A stretch of DNA of 64,000 bases from a virus (taxonomy: Duplodnaviria; Caudoviricetes). Shown one piece after another: positions 40,601 through 50,859 of the stretch (position 1 is the first letter of the stretch; every line of letters begins with the position of its first letter). Under the pieces are notes generated by a model. That model was given only the letters and a program-made list of their open reading frames with translations, made no database searches and had not been told where the DNA came from. The translations under genes were made by a program, and so were the position numbers. The stretch covers positions 32,001 to 96,000 of IMG/VR virus record IMGVR_UViG_3300037400_002156; one strand, written 5' to 3'.

Positions 40601-41908
40601 TTATGAGTTTAAAATTTTTGAATAACCACATGTGTTTACTGTTATATTATTATATAGATAATTTAGCTCAACGTAACTTTCATTTTCATCTATGCTAATG
40701 TTAAGAGCTGGATAATTATTATTCATATATCCTTCTTTTAAAAAAGATAGATTATTATTTTTATTATTAAAAAGATCTCTAATGTAATCTTTAATTAAAG
40801 AATTAATTGAATTCCATTGAGATTCGAATATTGAAATAAGAGTTATCCCAATATCTCTGCACTTCTTAAATTTGTTATAATGATAATCTTTATCTTTAAA
40901 TATATTTGAATGCCAATAGTCTCCGTTAAATTCTACTGCTATGGATATATCAGGGTAGTATAAGTCAAGCTCATAAGGTGAAATTATTTCGCGAGAGTTT
41001 CTTATACATTCTCCGTTATAGAAAGTAGAAATATAATTAGCTATTTCATCTTCATATTTAGAAGTTACAAGTGATCTTAAGCATTTAAAGCATAGCGGTA
41101 TAGATTTAATCTTATTAATAGAATAGTCAATAATATTACCTATTCTGTGAAATTCATAGTTACCGCATGCTGGACATCGTGTTCTAACTTTTTCTACAGA
41201 TAAAGTATTACCAGAAACTACATTGTCTAAATCATCTTCGTGAATAAAACTAAGATCAATAGATGATACATCATTAGATCTCTTAATTATGTTAGATTTA
41301 ATAAGTGATTCACTTTGTAACTTTGATTGCTGTAATTTCTTATCATAATTATTCTTAATGTAATCAGATAGTTTCTTTCCAGCAATTTTTCCAATGTAAG
41401 GATGTTCAATGTAAAAATTATGATGCTGTACACCCTGATTAATAAGAATTTCAGGATTATCTTCTAACGTTTTCTTACGTTTTTCTGTCTTAGACTTTAC
41501 TTTATCAGGATTATTTTTACACCATTCAGAGTATCTATTTCCTTTTTCTAGAAGTTCATCTTTATGATTCTTGCACCATTCAGAATATTTCTTACCTCTT
41601 TCTTTCAACTTATCCGGATTCTGTGATATCCAGTTTCTTACTTTTTCAGATATCTTCTTACTGATGTCTGGATTGTTTTTACATAATTCTCTAAATCTGT
41701 ATGCTTTCTCTTTAGATGAGTTATAACATCCACACGATGTTGTCTTTCCACCATATACTCTTTTTAAATCTTTAACAGTAATGTTACCACATTTACATTG
41801 ACACTTACATACGCGATTTCCATGTTCATCTCTAAAAACGTCTAGTATTGTAAGCCATCCATAAGTGTGCCCAATCATCTCTGTTTTATAATCATCTAAA
41901 GTTTTCAT
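40601..41908 (-). CDS. Putative homing endonuclease (same family as 21864..22946)
   Basis: CKCQCKCG, WCKNNPDK repeats, CPAC/CFKC, ELDLYYP..AVEFNGDYWHS, TCGYS. Confidence 0.85.
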   Translation of the reverse strand: MKTLDDYKTEMIGHTYGWLTILDVFRDEHGNRVCKCQCKCGNITVKDLKRVYGGKTTSCGCYNSSKEKAYRFRELCKNNPDISKKISEKVRNWISQNPDKLKERGKKYSEWCKNHKDELLEKGNRYSEWCKNNPDKVKSKTEKRKKTLEDNPEILINQGVQHHNFYIEHPYIGKIAGKKLSDYIKNNYDKKLQQSKLQSESLIKSNIIKRSNDVSSIDLSFIHEDDLDNVVSGNTLSVEKVRTRCPACGNYEFHRIGNIIDYSINKIKSIPLCFKCLRSLVTSKYEDEIANYISTFYNGECIRNSREIISPYELDLYYPDISIAVEFNGDYWHSNIFKDKDYHYNKFKKCRDIGITLISIFESQWNSINSLIKDYIRDLFNNKNNNLSFLKEGYMNNNYPALNISIDENESYVELNYLYNNITVNTCGYSKILNS

Positions 41909-42042
41909 ATAAATATCTTATCTCTATTATATAAAAATAGCTAACGTAGAAATTAAACAATCTCTACATTAGCTATATACATAGAATTCTAATCTATTTA
42001 CATCTCATCAAAATTAAACTCTTCATCTTCTCCACCGCCTGG

Positions 42043-43515
42043 TCATTTACTGCCTTCAGATTCTCCACCTTCTTGTATTTCACCTGTTGAAAGTTTGTGA
42101 AGATTTAAAGCATCAACAATATCTTCATCATTAGAAACACGATTAAGAAGTGCTGCCATGAGCTTTGGCTTATTTGCTACGTTAAGAGCATTCTCATCAA
42201 CACCTTTAATAAGATCAAGAATTGAATTTGTAACCTCAATCTCTGACTTTTGAATGTCTGATAAACGAGTATCTTCAGCAGTTAAGATACGAGGCATTTC
42301 AACTGTAAAACTTGGTGGAAGTATGTTGTGTATTGAACAGAACCAATAAATAAGATCCTTCAAACCTGACTTAATAATTCGTTGACACCTTTTAACAGTA
42401 CGAGCATACCTAATGTCTAATTGAGTTAACGTGGTATCACCAATACCACCAGGAGCTTCATCAGACTGTCCTAAAAACTGCTTTGGAACTTTTAATGCAC
42501 CGTAATAACGATCATCAAAGTAGTCAATATCGGCAAGAGCAGATACATTTACTTCACCGCCAACTTCTTGTACAGTTACAGCACCTTGACCATTTCTTAC
42601 AGGGAAATAAACGTTGCCGCCTGTTAAAATTGGAGATGATTTTGAACTAAATACTTCGGTACTTACATTAATTGACTGTTTCGATGAAACTGCTGTTTTT
42701 AATTCCCTCATCATTCGTGCAGTATCTTGTGAAGATGCAGCACCAACATCAACAGAGAATAAACGATAGAATGAAGATCTTGTTAAACGTGCAAGAATAA
42801 GAAGATCGTCTAGCAACTGACGTTGTTTATAATATGGTCTTGCTGCTTCAAGAAATGAAGCACCATATTGAATATATGAATCTGATGATAAATTTTCTTT
42901 GTTTGCTCTATCAGAAATGAAATGAATAAACGATCTTTCTGGTAAAAGCTTATCTGTATCTACTAAAGATTTATCTTTACTCTGTGGTCTATATAGATAG
43001 CCAAGCGGAACTCCAAAACGATATATGTGAACTACATCTTCTGGCTCTGCTATAGTAAAGAAATCGCCAACATTATACTCCTTGCGATAATCTTCGTTTG
43101 AATAATTTGTGTCAAGAAAGCACTCACCGAAAGCAACGATATTAAATGCAAGAGGATAAATAATATCGTTTATACGAAGTTTGTTCTTTAAAAAGTCTGT
43201 TACCATCTCTGCAAAATCAGGATTATCTGCTGATTCAACCCATGCAGCTAATCCTGTATCAGCATCAATCAATGATGCATCTTCAGAAATTAATTCTACT
43301 GCGCTCATCGTGACGCCGTCTTTCAACATCTCACGATAATCTGCGATACGAGAAAGTCTATCATTAGAAAACTCTCTCAATGATGTTAGAATATTATTGT
43401 CTCTATTTAAAAATAAATTTTCTAATTTATCATCTCTTGCGTCATTTGTATCTTTAATGACTTCAACTTTATTTGAGAGGCCAAATAAATTTTTAAAAAA
43501 TGATTTAAGGCTCAT
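42043..43515 (-). CDS. Portal protein (T4 gp20-like)
   Basis: YGASFLEAAR, RLTRSSFYRLFSVDVG, DIDYF..YYGALKVPKQFL, DIRYARTVKR. Confidence 0.93.
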   Translation of the reverse strand: MSLKSFFKNLFGLSNKVEVIKDTNDARDDKLENLFLNRDNNILTSLREFSNDRLSRIADYREMLKDGVTMSAVELISEDASLIDADTGLAAWVESADNPDFAEMVTDFLKNKLRINDIIYPLAFNIVAFGECFLDTNYSNEDYRKEYNVGDFFTIAEPEDVVHIYRFGVPLGYLYRPQSKDKSLVDTDKLLPERSFIHFISDRANKENLSSDSYIQYGASFLEAARPYYKQRQLLDDLLILARLTRSSFYRLFSVDVGAASSQDTARMMRELKTAVSSKQSINVSTEVFSSKSSPILTGGNVYFPVRNGQGAVTVQEVGGEVNVSALADIDYFDDRYYGALKVPKQFLGQSDEAPGGIGDTTLTQLDIRYARTVKRCQRIIKSGLKDLIYWFCSIHNILPPSFTVEMPRILTAEDTRLSDIQKSEIEVTNSILDLIKGVDENALNVANKPKLMAALLNRVSNDEDIVDALNLHKLSTGEIQEGGESEGSK

Positions 43516-43730
43516 CTTTTCTTCCTAAAATATGTGAATATCCTGTTTCTATAATATAATTTATGTTCAGAATATGATGCTTCTGTTATAGCATTATGAT
43601 AATTGTTGTTCATTGTAAAATCATCAATGACTGAAAGTTTGTTACTTCTATTATTAAACAAGTCATATAAGTATTGTTTAATTTCGGTTTGACGATTAAT
43701 CAACTCAGACTCAAATATTGATATTAATGT
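43512..43730 (-). pseudogene. C-terminal remnant of another endonuclease-family copy
   Basis: In frame upstream of the called start: TLISIFESELINRQTEIKQYLYDLFNN...MNNNY; the catalytic region is absent. Confidence 0.8.
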
Positions 43731-43750
43731 ACACAGTAGTCTGTAAATTG

Positions 43751-45091
43751 TTAATCTGTAACTATAGGTTGTGGGTGTTGTAAGCCTACTGGAAGTAACT
43801 CATTTTTAAGAAATATTTTACTTTTAATTAAACTGATGTCATCTGTAGAAAATAAGTTATTATCTCCACCATCTAAATATAATAAGTTAATTATCCAATA
43901 TAAAGCGCTATTTTTATCTTCATCTAATAATAAACTTGCATTATTACATTCAATGTACTGCTTTCTAAAGTTTTTACATATAGGGTATTTATCTTCATTA
44001 TTTAAAAATAAACTATAGAAATTTTCTGAAATCTCTGTTTGACTTTTACAGCCAGATTCATTTTTAATATAACTATCAAACTCATCACCGATATAAAGAG
44101 TAGTCTCAGAATCAGTACTATAATCAAATCTTGTAAACACTGATGTTATATAATTATACATATTAAATGATTCATTCTTTAAAGCCGTATCTATTTGACG
44201 ATATAACTCTGTTTTATTATATCTGCTATAATAATATTCTATTGCGGTCATAAAAATACCATAGTTTAGAAATTTGCTTATTAAGCCATCATCTTCTAAG
44301 TCTGCTGCAATAGAAAAAGCAGATTGAGATTCTCCATTTATTGGCTTATTTGTATATTCAATTGCTCTTTTACAATTATCATTATCACTTATTTTAGATA
44401 GAATAAGGTCAACAGATTCATAACATTGTGCTTTTGTTGCAGCTATTAGTGGAGTGTTTCCGTATATGTCAAATTTCTGGCATAAGCCGCCGTTGTATTT
44501 ATTCTTTGGAGCATCTTCTTCATTGTAAAATAAAGTTCCTTTGTATTGCTTAAGAAGTGAATTTAATACATCACTGCTATTAGCACTTGCTGCATTATAT
44601 ATACATTTTTCATCTAACAATGTTTTTAAATCATCTTCACTTAGTTCTCTAGCGTAAACTGTCTTTGTCTGAAACTCAACATTGCCTTTATCATCTAAGA
44701 CAAGCATTCCATCATTATTTTTAGGTATTTTTCTACCAGTAGACTTATCCCAATCATTAACAGTGACACCAGTATTCCCTAAAAGAATATCTATAGCAAC
44801 AATGTTTCCTGACATTATTGCTATTTGTAGAGGTGTTTTACCTTTATTGCATTTTTGTGTAATTGATGCACCTTTACATTTTCTATCATACTCTATTTCT
44901 GTATCTTTACTACCAGTGATATATACTAATACTAGAGGATCTGCATTATTCATAATTGCAGCACATAATAGTGTATATCCTTCTTTATCATTATAATAAT
45001 CTAGTGATGATATACTTTTAATAATCTCATTAACTGAGTCTAGATCTTTGAAATTATCTGATGAAAATTTAATTTTATCTGATGACGACAT
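43751..45091 (-). CDS. Ankyrin-repeat protein
   Basis: GYTLLCAAI, GKTPLQIAIMSGNIVAIDILL, GNTPLIAATKAQCYESVDLILS, SAFSIAA. Confidence 0.85.
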   Translation of the reverse strand: MSSSDKIKFSSDNFKDLDSVNEIIKSISSLDYYNDKEGYTLLCAAIMNNADPLVLVYITGSKDTEIEYDRKCKGASITQKCNKGKTPLQIAIMSGNIVAIDILLGNTGVTVNDWDKSTGRKIPKNNDGMLVLDDKGNVEFQTKTVYARELSEDDLKTLLDEKCIYNAASANSSDVLNSLLKQYKGTLFYNEEDAPKNKYNGGLCQKFDIYGNTPLIAATKAQCYESVDLILSKISDNDNCKRAIEYTNKPINGESQSAFSIAADLEDDGLISKFLNYGIFMTAIEYYYSRYNKTELYRQIDTALKNESFNMYNYITSVFTRFDYSTDSETTLYIGDEFDSYIKNESGCKSQTEISENFYSLFLNNEDKYPICKNFRKQYIECNNASLLLDEDKNSALYWIINLLYLDGGDNNLFSTDDISLIKSKIFLKNELLPVGLQHPQPIVTD

Positions 45092-45102
45092 TTTTTAACT
45101 CA

Positions 45103-46203
45103 CTATAATGAATATCCACATGTGTAAACTACATTATCTCTAAATGTATAATAAAGATCATTATAATTTACACATTTAATATTCTTAAATGGCAATGGAT
45201 AGTTGTTATTCATTCCTAACTTATATATTGATAGACTATTTTCTTTATCATTAAAGAGATCTGTAATATAAAATTTTATGGCATCTTTATTGCGTAGCCA
45301 CTCAGATTCGAATATACTTACAAGTGTGATATTATTCTTATGACATTCAACAAATTTATTATAATGATACATCTCATCTTTAAATAAGCTAGAATGCCAA
45401 TAATCACCGTTAAATTCAATAGCAATCTTCTTTTCAGGATAATAAAGATCTAATTCAAACGGTGATATTATATTCCTTGAGTTTTTGATAAGAGTTCCAT
45501 TATAAAAAGTAGAAATGTAATCTATTATTTCAGACTCATATGATGAAGTTGAAAAGCATTTATCACATAAACGAAAACACTTTAACATCTTTTCAGATAT
45601 GTTAAATATATCTCTAACGTTATGCTCTGAAAAGTTTCCACATTGAGGACATCTTGTTTTTATCTTATCTGAAGATACTAGACTACCAGATAATAATTTA
45701 ACAAGGTCGTCTTCTTCTATCATATCACGAATATTATTATTCTCTACTATCTCACGTAAAGAGTTGACTCTATTAATCTTAGACAGCTCTTTATTTTTGT
45801 TAACATTTAATTCAATCATTCTCTGACGATTATTGTTTCTAATGTCTTCATGAGAATAAAACCATTCATGATGTCTCAGTGCTTGTTCTGCAATCTTATC
45901 AGGGTTGTTTTTGCACCATTGCTTATATTTATGAGATCTCTGTATAAGAATGTCTGGGTTATCTTTATATATCTGCTTACATTGATTAGAATATTCTTCT
46001 GATTTATTAAAACATCCACAAGATTTTATTTCACCTTTACGAATAACCTTAAGTAAATATTCTTTTACTGATCCACATCTGCATTGGCATTTACAAACAG
46101 TTCTATTATTTGAATTTGTATACACATCTAACACAGTTAACCAATTTATAGATTTACCAACTAATTCTGTTTTAAGATCATCAATGTTATATTTAATAGG
46201 CAT
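45103..46203 (-). CDS. Putative homing endonuclease (same family)
   Basis: CKCQCRCG, CPQC/CDKC, ELDLYYPEKKIAIEFNGDYWHS, TCGYS. Confidence 0.85.
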   Translation of the reverse strand: MPIKYNIDDLKTELVGKSINWLTVLDVYTNSNNRTVCKCQCRCGSVKEYLLKVIRKGEIKSCGCFNKSEEYSNQCKQIYKDNPDILIQRSHKYKQWCKNNPDKIAEQALRHHEWFYSHEDIRNNNRQRMIELNVNKNKELSKINRVNSLREIVENNNIRDMIEEDDLVKLLSGSLVSSDKIKTRCPQCGNFSEHNVRDIFNISEKMLKCFRLCDKCFSTSSYESEIIDYISTFYNGTLIKNSRNIISPFELDLYYPEKKIAIEFNGDYWHSSLFKDEMYHYNKFVECHKNNITLVSIFESEWLRNKDAIKFYITDLFNDKENSLSIYKLGMNNNYPLPFKNIKCVNYNDLYYTFRDNVVYTCGYSL

Positions 46204-46265
46204 AATTACATTTACAAATCAACCCTCTATAGATTTATTTAGCTCTATAGAGGGTTATTATTTAA

Positions 46266-47348
46266 TTACTCATCTTCTTCAGAAACTTCATCCGGATCGT
46301 AAGTTGCATCAGTAGATAGCTCTGATTCTGAATCAACTACTTCGTCCTCTTCATTTGGGATAAGAGCAATTCCACCAAGTCCATCTGCAACTTCTGCAAA
46401 ATATTTTAAATGATCTTTAATAAAGCCTTCAACCTCATCTACTTTTACATATATATCTTCATTTTGATATTTAACACGATATCCTTTTCTTGGAACTCTC
46501 TCAACTACACCGTGATATTCAAGTACAGAACGAATCGCGCCTGCATTAGAAATGCCTTTACCAAAATGTACTGTAATAACTTTCTTTAATAATGGACGAG
46601 CATAACGGTTCTTATCAGTCCAAATTGCAAGATCACATCCGTATGGGACAGGTTTTTCGTAACCAGGTAATGTTTGTTCAAGCATCTTAACTTTCTTCAT
46701 CATAATTCGAACATCCATATAATAACCTAATGCCTGTCCACCAGCCTGAGTAAGTTTAGTAACCTGACCATAACCCATTGCAATTTTTGTTCTTAATTGA
46801 TTTACAAAAATCACAGTTTTATTTGAGTTCTTAAAACGTGATTTAAATTTCTGCATGAAGTTTGATTGAATACGAGCTGCAACACCTGGTTCATTCATTT
46901 CATCTACATTCTTTTCAGTTAATTTACCAGGTACTGTTGCTGTAATACTATCATAAATGATAAGTGCAACCTCTTTATCTTCTAGAACCTGCATTAAAAA
47001 GTTGTCAACTTCACCATATGTCTGAAGTCTAACTGGAATGAATAGCATCTCTTCTACGTATTGTCTTAAACCGAAACAATCAATCTGATTTCCATTTAAG
47101 CCTGATTCAGTGTCAATATATATTACTCGTCTTCCTTGTGAGCAATACTTTTTTGTAATGTGCAAACACATTGTAGATTTACCACATCCTGATTCAGATG
47201 CAATTTCAATAAATGTGCCTTCTGGAATACCTCTACCATTTGAAATTACTGCGTCTAAAATGATGCTACCGCTAGGTGAGAAATTTTCTTCCTTTGCTGT
47301 TAAATCAATCATCTGAGAATAGAGCGCAGTGAAGTCGATTTTAGCCAT
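46266..47348 (-). CDS. recA: RecA/UvsX recombinase
   Basis: GIPEGTFIEIASESGCGKST, YIDTE, YDSI, FVNQLR, GGQAL. Start moved to MAKIDF at 47348 (AGGAG upstream). Confidence 0.95.
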   Translation of the reverse strand: MAKIDFTALYSQMIDLTAKEENFSPSGSIILDAVISNGRGIPEGTFIEIASESGCGKSTMCLHITKKYCSQGRRVIYIDTESGLNGNQIDCFGLRQYVEEMLFIPVRLQTYGEVDNFLMQVLEDKEVALIIYDSITATVPGKLTEKNVDEMNEPGVAARIQSNFMQKFKSRFKNSNKTVIFVNQLRTKIAMGYGQVTKLTQAGGQALGYYMDVRIMMKKVKMLEQTLPGYEKPVPYGCDLAIWTDKNRYARPLLKKVITVHFGKGISNAGAIRSVLEYHGVVERVPRKGYRVKYQNEDIYVKVDEVEGFIKDHLKYFAEVADGLGGIALIPNEEDEVVDSESELSTDATYDPDEVSEEDE

Positions 47349-47678
47349 AAATAAACAGCTCCTATGATATAATCTATTGTAATTAAATGCTAAATTAAAT
47401 ATACATGCCAGTTGCACTGCTTTTAATTGTTTTTGAAATTCATTCTATGACAAAATGCAATGTATTAAGTTAATCAGCAGAACTCATGTTATGTGTTTAT
47501 ATTCAGTGTCGTATATGAAGCAATATAGTAGTGTATTGATTAGAATTGTATTTAAGATGTTTTAATTTCTTTACAGAGTGTATTGCAAATTGCAATTGAT
47601 CATTCTTGTTGATTCACATTTATATTAATTAAACACCCAGATTGAAGCAAAAATCAATCTGGGTTTACTTATATTACA

Positions 47679-48296
47679 TTACATATTAGACAAAATTGCT
47701 GCTACTACAATATTTACAGCTTTTGTAATGTCGTTTAAAAACGCATAACTAACGATGCTATTATTTTTATTACAAATAATTTTCATTTTAAAATCTTTAT
47801 CATTATCTCTAATAATCATAAATAGCTGAGGCTCTGTACTAGTTAATGAAGATACTGAAATCTCTACAACATCTGTTCCTGTTCTCTTATAAGCGTCATC
47901 AATACGAAGGCTTAACAGCTTATTTGGTGATACTGTACCATCCGCATTATTAACTGGACGTGTTAATTGGCATAGCTCTTTTTCTAATAAAGACATAAAT
48001 TGTTTTCTTAACTCATCATAATCTGATGAAATCTTTTTAATAAGTTTATTGAGCTGATTAAGTTTATTATTAAAACGATCTGCAAATGAGCTTATCTGTT
48101 TTGCTGTCTTTAAAAGATTTTCAAAATGTTCTTCTGCTAATGGCTGTAATGATAATATCTCTCCAGTACTATCATCAATTTTGTCTGTACAAACAAATCC
48201 AAGTAATCTATCTGCATATTCAGAACATGATTGAAGAGATTCAAGTAAAATTACACATTCAGATTGGACATCACAAAAATCATTAGTTGTTACCAT
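47679..48296 (-). CDS. Hypothetical coiled-coil protein
   Basis: 205-aa ORF with AGGAG RBS. Confidence 0.7.
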   Translation of the reverse strand: MVTTNDFCDVQSECVILLESLQSCSEYADRLLGFVCTDKIDDSTGEILSLQPLAEEHFENLLKTAKQISSFADRFNNKLNQLNKLIKKISSDYDELRKQFMSLLEKELCQLTRPVNNADGTVSPNKLLSLRIDDAYKRTGTDVVEISVSSLTSTEPQLFMIIRDNDKDFKMKIICNKNNSIVSYAFLNDITKAVNIVVAAILSNM

Positions 48297-48402
48297 GTTT
48301 TATTCTCCTTATATTTGTTAACCATTAAGTTGCAATGACCTATTCACTACACCATAAATGATTACCGCTTGAGATTATGTATACATTATTATATAAGAAT
48401 AT

Positions 48403-48693
48403 TTAACATCTGCATGGAGTTGAATCAGAAATAACTAAGCCAGTATCATCATTTGTACCTGCTTTTATAAAATCAACTTCTGCATATCGTGTTAAATGTA
48501 ATGTGTTATCTTCATCAGCAGATCCTGTTGCCATATACAATCTGTATTGACCACATGGTGTTTTAAGTAGTATTAGATCACCTAATGAAACATCTGAAGC
48601 TTCAACCTCAGTTAATTTATATATCTTACTGTATTTTGACTTATTGTCTAATAAAGTATGATTAGCGTAGTCTGTAGTAAAATCAAGAGACAT
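48403..48693 (-). CDS. Hypothetical protein
   Basis: 96-aa ORF with TAATG overlap and GAGG RBS. Confidence 0.7.
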   Translation of the reverse strand: MSLDFTTDYANHTLLDNKSKYSKIYKLTEVEASDVSLGDLILLKTPCGQYRLYMATGSADEDNTLHLTRYAEVDFIKAGTNDDTGLVISDSTPCRC

Positions 48694-49445
48694 TATGTTA
48701 ACCTCATTCTCCAGTTATATAAAGAAACGTACATCATCTTAACTGCAAATAAGAAAATAAGAAATATCTCATATAGTGAGTACTTATATGAAATAGGCTT
48801 TATTTCTAACTTATCTGGTTTATAGATAGGAGGTCTTAGTCCATTATAATATTCTAATGAAGTGTTAAATTCATAATTAATAAAATCATTAGAAAAGTCA
48901 GATTGAATCTTTACAGCTAAAGGACTCTTAACATAACACTGACATGTTGAGTTATTCACTGCGTCTGTGATATTTTTAAATGGAACTATAATTAATCTAT
49001 TATCTAAACCAACATGAAATAGAAGTGAATAAAGCTTATCTCTATATGGAAGTTCATCTATATAGTCAACTATAACTACTGGCATATCACTTGCCAGCTG
49101 CATTAGAATTTCAGTAAGAACTAGATCTTCTTTACTGAGTTGGTAGAAATGTAGCCATAAAAAGTGATTTATGCTAAAATAACTTAAGTACTCTATGAAT
49201 TTATCTTGATTTATATGTCTACATTTCTTTATATAGCGAAAAATATTCTTATATATGTTATAGTCTTTTCTAATATAACTAATAAATGATTCAGATAATA
49301 CATGATGCTTATTGATGATATACTCAGAATGTTTAAGCTTTCTAATAAAAGCTTCTAAATACTCAGTATTTGTTGAGTATACAGACATAACATTTCTAGT
49401 TATAAATCTAAGATTTAATTTATCATCAACTAAATCAGCTATCAT
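48693..49445 (-). CDS. Hypothetical protein, possibly a degenerate ABC-ATPase fold with C-terminal membrane anchor
   Basis: QLSKEDLVLTEILMQLASDMPVVIVD echoes the signature/Walker B spacing; hydrophobic C-terminal helix; no Walker A. Confidence 0.45.
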   Translation of the reverse strand: MIADLVDDKLNLRFITRNVMSVYSTNTEYLEAFIRKLKHSEYIINKHHVLSESFISYIRKDYNIYKNIFRYIKKCRHINQDKFIEYLSYFSINHFLWLHFYQLSKEDLVLTEILMQLASDMPVVIVDYIDELPYRDKLYSLLFHVGLDNRLIIVPFKNITDAVNNSTCQCYVKSPLAVKIQSDFSNDFINYEFNTSLEYYNGLRPPIYKPDKLEIKPISYKYSLYEIFLIFLFAVKMMYVSLYNWRMRLT

Positions 49446-49448
49446 AAT

Positions 49449-49907
49449 TTACTCTTCAGAAGTATCATCGTCATCAGGCTCAGCAAGTGCTTCTTGTAAT
49501 TGCTGAAGTGTTTCTGCTGACATGTTCTTTAACAGATTATACACAGTGTCAATACGAGCGGTGTTCTCAGTCTCAACAGCTTGTTTAGATACCTGACTAC
49601 AAATAGTCATAATCTCTGCCTGAGCTTTCTTTGCTTCTTTATAACGTGCATTAAGTTCTTTCATGTCAAGCTTCTGAACATCTACATTATATAAACGATC
49701 TTCTGCTTCTGAAATAAATTTATTAAGATTTGCTAGACGTGATAAAGATGCTGCTGAGAAATATGATAAATATGCATAAATTTTACGAGACAAAAGAGTA
49801 AGATTTTCACTTAGCTCTACTGGCATATCTGCTACTACTGCAGCATCAATTACTTCAAGAGCAGAATCTTTTTTCTTTTTTACAATATTATTACTCATTA
49901 TAATCAC
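49449..49907 (-). CDS. Hypothetical helical protein (possible small terminase)
   Basis: Coiled-coil with acidic tail; the function is a guess. Confidence 0.4.
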   Translation of the reverse strand: MIIMSNNIVKKKKDSALEVIDAAVVADMPVELSENLTLLSRKIYAYLSYFSAASLSRLANLNKFISEAEDRLYNVDVQKLDMKELNARYKEAKKAQAEIMTICSQVSKQAVETENTARIDTVYNLLKNMSAETLQQLQEALAEPDDDDTSEE

Positions 49908-49914
49908 CTAAAGA

Positions 49915-50787
49915 TCAAATAACATCTCGCGAGTTAATGATTCTCTTAATAGACGCTACTGAATTTCCATACTTATTAGAAAGATCTTCTACTGATGAGC
50001 CATTATTATAGTCATCACAGATAGATATATCATTGAGAAGATGTTTAACCAATATTGTAGAAGGAATATTAAACTTGTCTTCCTGAAATACATCTAAGAA
50101 AGCAAGAAATTTGTCACCTAACAATTGGTATAGAGTGTTAAAGTAATTCTGACCAGTTACTGAATCAAGCTTATCTGCAAGTGTTTCAATTTGATCTTCT
50201 GTATATTTATCATAGCAAGGAAGTAAATCGCATGGATTTTTCATATTTTTAGCCTCTGAATAAGATTCCCATTCTTTTAAGTCATCATTCGAATCATTAA
50301 TAGTATATTTTCTTTTTGCACCGTTCGTTTTAAACAGTTTCCATGTTCTTAAAGATACTGTGCGAAATGAATCTATTGAATCTATTGAAAGATCATGCAT
50401 GTCAATAAGATCTGATTTCATTTCAAATAACTTTGGATATACTGTTTGCTTATCCAATATATCATCTTCTGTAGAGATTAACTTATTAGATCTGAAAATG
50501 AAATTAGATAAAGTATTACGAATACGAGTAAAAAGAACATTACGAATATTCTTTATATCTTCATCTGTCTGTAATGTAGAAACTTTAATAATAAAAGCAA
50601 CTGCGTCTGAAGTAGCCAATGAAGCAAGATCGTCTTTATCAAAATGCTCAGCATATTTACTGAAGTATTTAGAAATAACTACTTTTGATAAAGTAGAAAT
50701 GTAATCCCAGCATAGCTGGGTTGGCTTTCCACTTATAACAAATTCACTTAGCTTAGGCATTGGCGGATGATTACTACGTCTTGGCAT
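49915..50787 (-). CDS. Putative transcription factor: sigma region-2-like N-terminus plus Mor-like C-terminal HTH
   Basis: DKDDLASLA...TRIRNTLSNF; FLDVFQEDKFNIP...DYNNGSSVEDLSNKYGNSVASIKRII. Start MPRR at 50787 follows AGGAG. Confidence 0.6.
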   Translation of the reverse strand: MPRRSNHPPMPKLSEFVISGKPTQLCWDYISTLSKVVISKYFSKYAEHFDKDDLASLATSDAVAFIIKVSTLQTDEDIKNIRNVLFTRIRNTLSNFIFRSNKLISTEDDILDKQTVYPKLFEMKSDLIDMHDLSIDSIDSFRTVSLRTWKLFKTNGAKRKYTINDSNDDLKEWESYSEAKNMKNPCDLLPCYDKYTEDQIETLADKLDSVTGQNYFNTLYQLLGDKFLAFLDVFQEDKFNIPSTILVKHLLNDISICDDYNNGSSVEDLSNKYGNSVASIKRIINSRDVI

Positions 50788-50859
50788 AATATAATGAACT
50801 CCTTTAAATATAAATATTACGTATGTTTGATGTGATATTATATACATGAATATACTATA

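Noticed and set aside
47420-47630. ncRNA or small gene in the gap upstream of recA
   Set aside because: No credible ORF or stable stems seen; only short AGTGTATTG repeats in AT-rich DNA.
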